In this document: piece after piece, positions 53,889-64,000 of the stretch
Numbering within the stretch: position 1 is the stretch's first letter
Layout: each line of letters starts with the position of its first letter
DNA from: Styela clava
Lineage: Eukaryota
Reading direction: 5' to 3'
DNA: 64,000 nt
Assembly (NCBI RefSeq): GCF_964204865.1
Contig: NC_135263.1
Coordinates: 16,616,001 to 16,680,000 of the forward strand
Made by a program: the position numbers and the translations under genes
Notes under the pieces: model-generated
What the model was told of the DNA's origin: nothing
Database searches by the model: none
The model's input: the letters and a program-made list of their open reading frames with translations, nothing else

Positions 53889-56800
53889 TCACGAAATTTT
53901 CACATGGAAGGGGCTTCCTGGTATGTGCTCCTCGCCCCACTTCACAATTAATGTATATTCGCCAGGTTCTTTTGCAGTGTATGTGACTGTGTAGCGCCGA
54001 TTTCCGATATGTTTCACATAGACTTCTTCGCATGGTGTAAGTGGTCCATGCACTCCGACCAACAGCATATTTGAGCCTGAAATATTGAGAAATTTGTTTG
54101 TCAAAGATCGTTCAAAACACAAACTTATTAATAAAAAAAAACTGCAAACTGTAATATTCGCTCCAAATAAGACTAAGGAAAAACTTTCCAATTAATAGCA
54201 TACTTTCAAGAATACTTGAAATTTATATTAATGAATATTTAGCCTTTTTAAATAGAAGATTATCAATTTATCCAGGAAAAATCTGGTTTGAAATATTCAT
54301 TGAGGTAATTTTTTATGAAGAAAAGTCTTACCAGCTAAAGAACAATCGACAGTAAATGTATTGTTGTCTCCGATTATACCTCGTCTCAATCCTTTTCCAT
54401 ATGAATTGACTTGTGTTGCATCAGACTGTTGAAAATAAAATAATGGAAATTATTTGTCAGTTCACATTTTATGTTAGTTACTAAATCATATTAGTACCAA
54501 ACAAATTTAACAATGCATTTGCTATCTTCTTCTGTAGTCAACAATATATAATATAATATCATATATAATATACAATAATATTTTTATTACATATGGTCGA
54601 CCAATCATTTACACTTTTGCTCTAGTTTACAAAGCAGTATTGGCCAGAATTTCTTAAACCCAGAGACGGGAGTCAAGGCGAGGCACATACCATTCAAGTC
54701 TCAAACCAAAGTCAGACCACACCCAGTGAGGTTTACTCGATGACTCAGGTCCCAAGTCATTTTATTTATGTGACACAAGTTTCGGTAAATGGTGACTCAA
54801 GTCAAGTAAATGATTTATGGCTCCCCATCATTGCAATGAAGTGACTAAAATACTAGAACACAAGGAGTTCCGGATATCAACCAGGACACGCACTGAGGTG
54901 AACTTCTAACAATAAATGATATACAATATTAATATACCTTCATTCTGGGAGACGTAGGTGTACTACCGACACCTTTTACTTCAACGGGGAACGGACTTCC
55001 GGGAATATGTTCATCATTGAATTTTACAGATACCTCATAATCACCTGTTAAAATAAAAGTAAATGATTTGCCAGAAACAAGATCCACATACAGATTACAA
55101 GTCATCCTCTGGATTAATTAAATGCATTATTGCTTTTTTTTTATATAAAATCCTCTATTTGAGATTACAAGTAACCCCGCAGCTTGTAAGGTAGCTGAAT
55201 ATTATTGTGAGGGAATATCACCAGCATTATATTGGAAACATTCATATATCATTGAATCGCGACTGCTGGAAGTCAGTGAGTAGTATGCTAAGTACATAGC
55301 TAATGGGTGATGAATATATGGCATGATGTGCTTTCAGTAAATCATTATGGGAATCTCCAGACTACTTATATTTTGATGCATCAATCTTTTCTGTTCAATT
55401 TTAGGACTAGAATAAAACATTTTAAAATTAACGATATGCAAAAAGAAATATCTTCTTCATGAACTACCTTGTGACATCTTTTGTCAAATTAAAAAGTAAT
55501 ATACTCAATAAATCATAACGTACCAGGTTCAGTAGCGATGTATGAAACACCACATGATCCATCTTTACGATCTTCAAAATTGATTTCTGCTTTCGAAGGA
55601 CCTTCAACTGCAATGGATAATCCACCAGCACCAGCTTCACGAGTCCAGATGTTAAAGTCAGCTGTGTATAACAAAACAGACGCTGTTACAATATCTCATT
55701 AAAAGTTTTAAAGATGTATATACAAATATTGTGGACAAAATTTGGCTCTTATATAATATTGGTTTTCTTACACATACTCGCTGAAAAATAAACATGACCC
55801 AGAAAAGTTACAAGCAAATTCTAAGAGCGTCTGAAACTATATAGACAAATTCCACAAAAATGAAATGCTTGAAAAAATTTTTGCATAAACATTCAAGACT
55901 TTCTTGAAAGTACACTAATAGTGAGCTCACAACCAACAGAGAAGAACTGCCGGAAATATTTTGAGAATGTTTTGTTATGTCGCAATCACTCGAATATCCA
56001 CAACTTGAGTATTTCAAACTATACTGACCACACCATATATGTGACTTATGATATACTGCCAGTCTTTGGTGCTTTTTTAAAGCCTATAAACATCATACCT
56101 GGTATATTAACTTGTGCAGATTCCAATCCAGGACCACCGGCTGTGACTTTGCCAGCTCCACCAGCTCCAAGAGGACCAACTGTAAATTGGAATGGACTTC
56201 CTGGTACATGTTCATCGAGATACTTAACACTGACTGTATGGACTCCCATTTCCTGTAAATGACAACAGAACAGGTTTAATAAAGTAAGGCCAGTAACAAT
56301 AGACCTAGCTTAAAGGCATCACCACAGTAAATTCAAATTTTGTGAATTTCATTCGAGGTGGATATTTATACATGAAGCTGAGAGAAAGCGGTCACTGTAG
56401 CTTCATAATATGTTTAGACGTTTAGAATTCCTAGAATCTCTATTATTTCAAAATATTCAATTTTTGCATGGAACATTTTGAATTTATTATAAAATAATAT
56501 CTCCCGTCACAAGTACAACACGCTTATTGAAATTCAACCATCCACATTACCACCATGAGACTAGATCTTGTAGAAGTTTATAATATTTGAACTTTTTGCA
56601 AGATTCAATCTTCATCGAAATATATTTCTTAATATGGAGGTGGAATATCCCCCCCCCCCAACTTTATGTTGATATATAATTTTGTTGTTAACTAAAAAAA
56701 TTATCAATGATTACCAAACCTAATCTTTAGCGTTTTACGTTACCTTGGGGATGAATCGAATACTGTATGTGTTATCTCCACTTTCAAATATTTGAGCCTT

Positions 56801-59800
56801 TTCTACTTCTCCTGATGGATTTTCTACTGTTGCAGTCAAGTCACGAATATTGGCTTCTGTAATCATGAAAATGAACATAAATGAATGAAAAACCCATATC
56901 ACAAATATGCTCCTATTATTCAATTCAATACCGAATTTCCAACCAAGGCTTAACTAAGATGCCAGTTTCATCTCAGTGGCCCAACAAAACATCAGTCTGA
57001 ATAGTTAGAAAATGGAAGAAACTCAGAGCGAAGATTATTAGAAAAGTAGGAAGGAGGTAAAACAAGAAAGAGAAAGAAGACAGACCTTTCAATTTTCCAG
57101 TGTGTTGAAAAGTACCAAAATCAGACCGATGACTAAAGACAGGAACGAAGGATGATGCTTTTTTACCCTGCCCGTCTTCTGCTCCATATGACCTCGATTC
57201 CTGCATGACCGTTTGTTGACCGAGGCTACCTACACTAGACTTTGTATAACTTGTATGTTCAGACCTACTATAAGATTGTCGGTACGCAGACGATGAACTC
57301 CCCACAGCCACAGTTCCAGATGAAGCACTTTGCCAGTAGTTGTCTGATTTTATAGATGGAAGGAAAGAATGAAAGATAAAGAAGAAAGTGAGAATTTGAA
57401 AAAAGAATATTGAATTGCAGGAAAAGATATAAATAAGACAGGTGAGTCTTTCGAGTACCAAAAAGTTCGGAACTTGAATTTCAAATACAATTTAGAGGAA
57501 ACAAGAATTTAATAAAAATTGAATGTACTTACTTGGTATTTTTAAGTTGAGATCACATGAACTGCCAACAGTTGCAATAGATGGTGCTTTCCTGTGTCTA
57601 ACAATACTTTCCGAGTGTGTTCCTTCACCTATAAAAAATACTTATGAAAGTTATCAAGAATTAAAATGAATGCCTCATAAAATATGAAGGCAAAAATCAT
57701 TGTTGATGATGAACAGTTCAACAGCATATTCTTGATATTAGGAGGAAGACTGTTTTCATTTTTATCCTGGGGTAAGGTAAGCCGATAAGTGGACTTAATC
57801 ATATGGTGAATTGCTCATTCGGTTACCAGTCCACGTTGGGCATGGGAATACTTCACCAGTTGTTTCACATGCAAGGGCTTGTTGAAAACCGTAACTATTC
57901 AGCGGTTACGCTAACCATGCTCCGACAGTGAGGAGTCCAGCAATCCTCTTGCACTTGATTATTCCCCCGGAACTCAAAGCAGCAAACCAACGCATGATAA
58001 TCAGACATGTGATGGGCTGATGGCAAGCATACCTAATCTAATGCTTGTCACGATGAGATGTAGTGCAGAAATTATACCTGTACATCTGACAGTAAATGGT
58101 GATCCTGGCACATGACTTTCAGCAAATTTGACATTGATACTGTAGTTTCCTGGTTCTTGTGGTGTGTAGGTAACTCTGCATACTCCATCCTTCTGATCAT
58201 GACAATCTATATCTACTTTACTTGGACCTTCAATAGACAAACCCAATCCTCCATATCCTGGAAAACAAACATAAATCTCAGTATAATTTGCATTTCCTCT
58301 CAGAAGGGAAAACAAAAACATGTCTCAAACAACATGATTGGATGACCCAGCACTTTCTTAATGTGAACTGAAAAATTAAACTTGTCCATATGGAAACTCA
58401 ACAGTCCTCTATGGAACAGAGACCATTCGAATGGCATATTAGACAATATATTAATCTTTATTTTCAACCGGAATTGAATCCAATATTGGGACTGACGCTA
58501 AGCTAAAATTAGAAGTAAAAACGAGTTCTAATATTCTATAACATGATATATGGGGCAGCGCAGTGGCCTAGCGATTAAAGTGTTAGACTCGACAGTGTTG
58601 GCATCACCGATTCAAATCCAATTTCCCTGCCTCACCCAGAGTGTAATTACTTTTGCCGTTTTGAAAATGATGTGTAATCAACCCTCACCTGCTTGTCGAG
58701 TATCAACAAAGAATTCGGCTAATTCGTGAGATCTTGCTCTCTCAATTCCACTACCATATACGAGTACTTTGCTTGCATCACCAATTTCAGATTTTCCGAC
58801 CATAATTCTGAAAGGACTATTGGCGACATCTCTACCTCGTTTCTTTACATGAACCAAATGTTCACCAACTTCATGAGGTGTGAAGGAAATTCCTGTTCGA
58901 AAACAAGATCCATATATTAGAAGCTTATATCAACTAACAAGTGACAGAAACACAACCCAGGTCATTTGTAACATGTACCGGTAACCCCCTTTCAATATCA
59001 TCAGTCATAAAAATCTCACCAATATGCCCATTAGGCATGTGTTTGAGTTGACAATCTTCCTCTCTACCACTTGGTGATATGATACTTGCGGTGAGAAGGC
59101 TCAAATCCGTTTCGTTAATCTTCAATGCAATGTCACTCATAGCACCATAAACAACTTTTCCAGAGTGTGGTTTTGTACCATCTATGTGAAAAAGACAAGA
59201 GACCATTAGGTAATAGTAAATGTATTATTTAATACAAAGTAACAGTAAAACTTACATCACACAATTTCGAACAAATAAAATAGGTTTTTTGAAAAAGTAT
59301 GTACCTGTGATATTAGCGGTAAATGGACTTCCACGAATGTGTTCATCGTCAAATTTAACAGCAATGCTGTATTCACCGGGAGCAGTTGGTACATAAGAGA
59401 CTGAGCAAGTTCCATCTTTGTTATCTACACATTTGATTTCTGCCTTAGAAGGACCTTCAACAGCAAGTGCCAATCCACCTGTGGAAAATCAAAATAAGAT
59501 GATTAAAAAAAAATTGAAAGACGAATGCATTATCATGCTAATATTGCCTACCTAATAGAAATGTTAGAAAAAAAGAGAAATGTAAAAATAATTTTAATTT
59601 TTAGAAAAATTCCTATACACTGGCTCTGGCTGGATGAAATACAGAATGATCAAACAAAAACGGAACCTAGGACATTAGGTCAACTATTCCAGAGAAAACA
59701 TAACTTTTGTGCAAAGCCTAGATTACTGAAACTTTTGGGTGCAATCATACACAAAAGTTCTAGTGCTAGATAATTTTTTTTTAATTGATAGACTGAGACT

Positions 59801-62800
59801 AAATACAATACCTTGTCCAGCATCTTTTGTTACAATTGTGAAATTTGCAGGCTTGTTGACTCTTCCTGTTACAAGTCCTGGACCATGAGCAGTTACATGT
59901 CCTGGTGCAATAGCATCAACATAGAATTGTACTGGACTTCCTATAGAGAAAGAAGAGGCGATAATCACAAATTCATGATTTCGTTCAATTACAAAACAAG
60001 ACATATATAGTCAAAGGTATATAGTTCAAAAACATACCTGGTATGTGTTCTTTGTTGAACAAGATGTCCATCTCATGAAGACCTGATTCCGTTGGTAGAT
60101 AGCTTATAGACACAGTTCCATCTCCATTATCAATAATTTTCGGTTCAGATGTTTTACCGGATGGCATTCGTACAACACCTATAAAAATGAATAATGAATT
60201 AATCATAAATGTCTTTACAAACAAAAACAATAGAATATAGCAATTTGGAAAATGAAGAAATGAAAAATAAATAAACACAATCAGTAAAACTAGTATTTAT
60301 GGAATTTAAAATTAGAATTACCAAAATTGTGATCTGTGATTTGATGAATTGTTTTAAAAGAAACAACTAATTTATGAAACTTTTTAAATGTGACTGAATT
60401 ACAACAAGACAGTGGCATCTGTAAACTTACTTGTTAGTTCTCCTGGAGTCTGTGGTACTTCGAATACAAAGTCTACTCCTCGTAATATATCGCTTTCATC
60501 CAATGCCTGTGTTTATTAAATAATGTAAATTCATATCAAATATTCATGAAATGATCCATAAATGATTATATAATAAATTTCAATTTATATCGTGACTGAA
60601 AAGCCCACACATGCATTTCCAAAGCAACTAAGCACGAATATCTCACATAAAATGCAAAAAGCATAAAATTTAATACAACTTTCCTGGTAAAACATGCATA
60701 AACAAGACCCTTGAAAACATTCCTCGGCAATTTAATAAATTTTAGTACTAAACGATATTGAATGGCACCAGTGTTTAGCTATATGAAATATGGGATGGTT
60801 ACAAGAGTGGATATTAATATTGACATTAGTATTAGTTCAAAACATGTTATTTTTCTAACAGTTTTATGGATAGTTATATTGATAATATATAAATAATGAA
60901 AACACACACACATACTGCAGGAAACTACATGATAACCCACATCCATATGAAAGGGATAACAAACTAAATATAAAGTAGTCGAACACCATATTAGGATATT
61001 ATTGAATGCATATTTTTTCACATCTCTTCAATGTATCCGTATCAGTCATATTTGATAATGGACAACCAAAGCCCTATATCAATAACTCTTAACAATTGAC
61101 AACACTTATTCAATTTTCCAGATACGTGTGTTGTCTTTACCTGCTCTAAAGCATCTAAACCATTTCCATTCATGTATGCATGAGCTGGTGCAGCATCTAC
61201 TGCTTCAATCCTATCTTCCTCAATCATGCGTTGTTCTTCTTCAGGCTCATCAACCGCCTTCATCACCAAATGCCAAAACAATGCCAGCAAGCATGTAAGG
61301 ACATCATGTGAGTGTTTCAACATGCAGGTAAAATACAAGCAAAAATGCGATATAGCATGCCATTAGAACACCATGAATTGTAATAAACAATGGAGAATTC
61401 TAAAGAGGTTGACCTAACCACTCTAACATCATGATATTTGTTTCAACTGTTAACACACAGTTTAATCCGAACGAAGCTAAACTAAAGAGTCATAGGAGAT
61501 ATGACACTACTATATTTAACAACAATAATCTCTAAACTATATATGATGCCAACATGATCAGTGCAGACAACCATTCAATTAAATTTAAAATTACATTTTT
61601 TTCTCAATTGTTTTAAAAGTATATCACCCTATATAATTTCCTTTTCAAATTATTTGTTACATTTGTATTATATTACCAAGAATGTAAACATTTCTATAAG
61701 CAATACATTTAATTGAAGATAAGAAATGAAAAGAAAGTCCGTTTAAAATAAATAAATCTAATATTATTTTCATATTAACACAGTAATTTTCAAACCCTCT
61801 TAATACAACTCAAGACAAGGTCTCATTCAGTCAATATACCTCTCTACACCTAGTAAACTGTTGTCCTACAATCCAAATCAAATAATAATATATTACTATG
61901 ACTATATGTTATAAGAAATATTTATAGTGTTTACTGTTTACCTATCGTGTTGATTGTTGTCACAGACCCACCCAGATTTACCAAGCAATGTATAAAATTA
62001 AGGTTGTAAATTTTTTATGGTCAACATAAGTGAATTGCTTTTCCTATTTATTTTCCCATTTTTATGTAAAGGAACAATTCTGAATTCGCTGCTATTTTTT
62101 AAACTGATTACATGAACCTATTCCATATCCTTAATTCAATTTGATCCTAAAGTCAAAAAATCTGATTTTCTGAAATTTGTGAAAAGAGTCAGTCAGTGTT
62201 CCATATTAATGTTCTATTCTACATTATTGGTATTAAATGTTACAGGTTTGAGTACACAACACTTTGTACATGATTATTTTATACACAAGTACCGTATGTT
62301 TGAATCACACTTATTAAAAGATTAATACTATATGGCTCAGTTCCAAAAACAATATGAACATTTGACATTGACATAAAAGCTAAACCTACCTTAAATGACA
62401 CCATAAAAAGCAATTCACCCAAATCAGTATCACAAAATGAGGTAGCAAAAATACAAATATCAAGAGCACATACCTTAACACTGAAAGGACTGTCTGGAAT
62501 ATTTTCTCCACCGAAGCGCAAGTTGATGGCGTATGGTCCAGGCTTGGGTGGTGTGTAAAACACATCGAAAGTTTTATCCTTGTTTTCAACCACTTCAACA
62601 TCTAACAATCCATCATCAGGTGTATTGATCGAACAATTCACTTTACCAGGACCAGCTTTGCTTGCATCAACAGATATAACTGCCTCCTTGCCAACTGGAA
62701 CTGATGGGCCAAGTCCATCACCTAATGAATAATATAGGGATATGAATTGAGGACAGTTATTTGATGTAAACCAGAAATATCTTGGACACAAATTGGATCT

Positions 62801-63641
62801 ATGAATAGTTTTGCTAGGCTGTTGTTTTTGAGAAAAATCAATGGATCATTCAGTATTTTAGTACATAAAGTTGAAAAAGTTGCAAAAAATCTATTATCGG
62901 TGGTTTCTCACTTTTTTTTCAAATTTTTTCTACAGGTTCAAGTTCTATGGGGCCCAATATTTCACGCTGAATTAGGCTGGTTGCTAAAATTCGCAGGTAT
63001 TCACAAAAAGCCTCTAAACATTTTGATAACCATTTGATCATTATATTGGAGTATTGCCTTCTTGTTATTTAAATATACCATTAGTGAGCGCGTAATAAAA
63101 TTCGGAAACAAACTCAGATTTACAATAAATCAACCTCCAGAGAAAAAAAGAGAAGGAAAAGAAAAAAGGGACTAAAGAAATATCGAAAAAGGAGAAATAT
63201 AGCAAAAGAGAACTTACATCGCTTGCCTCCCACGATCACTTTTGTGATGATTAAAGTTGGAAAGAGAGAAAGAGAAAAGAAATTTAATACAAATGAAGGT
63301 AAAGATCAAAATCAAATTTAAAATGAAGAAAGACAGACATACTTAACATGAATATACAATTTTAATATTTTGTAACAGAATTTTAGGTGACAAGCTATGC
63401 AGATGTGATTGTCCATATGTCATATAATAAGTAATACTGTCAATGCATACCTGATATCACACATTTGCCTGCTTCACCCATTGGAGTAGCACGGATTCTG
63501 TATGGTGAATATGGCACTTCATCACCTCCATATTTGACAGAAATTGTGTATCTGCCAGTCATGTCCGGTACATAAGATACATTGTAAGTTCCATCATTGT
63601 TGTCAACAATTTTAGCTTTTTTCGGGTAACCTTCTGGATCC
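53889..63641 (-). CDS. FLN: Filamin, 3' portion (Ig14 to Ig24); the gene continues beyond the window end
   Basis: Many exons with filamin Ig motifs ([28 protein letters not shown]; EHIPGSPF) and terminal [25 protein letters not shown]...[17 protein letters not shown]. Confidence 0.97.
57760..57960 (-). mobile_element. Probable SINE body/3' fragment in a filamin intron
   Basis: GC-richer non-coding island ending ...ccaggataaaaatgaaa on the minus strand. Family resemblance only. Confidence 0.35.
58553..58625 (+). mobile_element. tRNA-derived SINE head
   Basis: A-box-like gtggcctagcga and B-box-like gattcaaatcc with no complete cloverleaf. Confidence 0.45.
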
Positions 63642-64000
63642 TGTAAAATTATGATATAAATGTTAATAACAGTCCCAAGGCATATAAAACACTATAATAT
63701 TTGAAAAGGTAGCAGAATTGTTCTCAATTCCAATGAAAGATATGTATTTTATGTTATTGTTAAATTTCATCATATTAGTCACAAAGTAGAATTTTATGGT
63801 AAGTGAATTTTGGTTTACATGGTCATCCTCATCATCTTTCAAAAGTTTTCCTGTATTTATTCACATACTAGTTTTTCATTATAGTTATAAAATTACATGA
63901 AACTAAAACACATAGGCTTGGGCATCCACCTTACTAAGAGTGTATAATTGTTATAAAATGCTTAGATTGACTGTAAAAGAAATTATCCTGGTTTATCCAG

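Noticed and set aside
58553-58625. tRNA gene
   Set aside because: A/B-box-like motifs only, with no acceptor stem or cloverleaf. Treated as a SINE head.

Overview
AT-rich, intron-containing animal DNA. It is probably from an ascidian/tunicate (inferred from gene content and repeat types, not proven). 1-5.1 kb: degenerate ~20-bp satellite carrying two inserted elements. 5.6-10.2 kb: a hAT element with three nested insertions, then a young internally deleted LTR element (tRNA-Trp-type PBS, 4-bp TSD) whose only coding remnant resembles a viral class III fusion glycoprotein. 10.8-18.5 kb: an intact 12-exon gene (~1024 aa, all introns phase 1) apparently built from transposon-type modules. These are an N-terminal domain like that of DUF4806/BEN-type proteins, three Crypton-like Cys/His domains and a Myb/SANT-like tail, with no recombinase. 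19-31 kb: TE debris. 31.5-34.1 kb (+): a KCTD8/12/16-like gene. Minus strand: a ficolin-like gene, a large secreted mosaic gene (SMB, Sushi, Cys-rich repeat, EGF, novel helical C-terminus) with very recent exon duplications, a decayed duplicate of its 3' end, and the 3' part of filamin. The filamin has cassette-type exons matching the vertebrate FLNA 8-aa microexon, hinge 1 and the FLNC Ig20 insert, and it lacks Ig22-23. Exon coordinates were read by eye and may be off by a few bases. Family assignments come from remembered motifs, not database searches.
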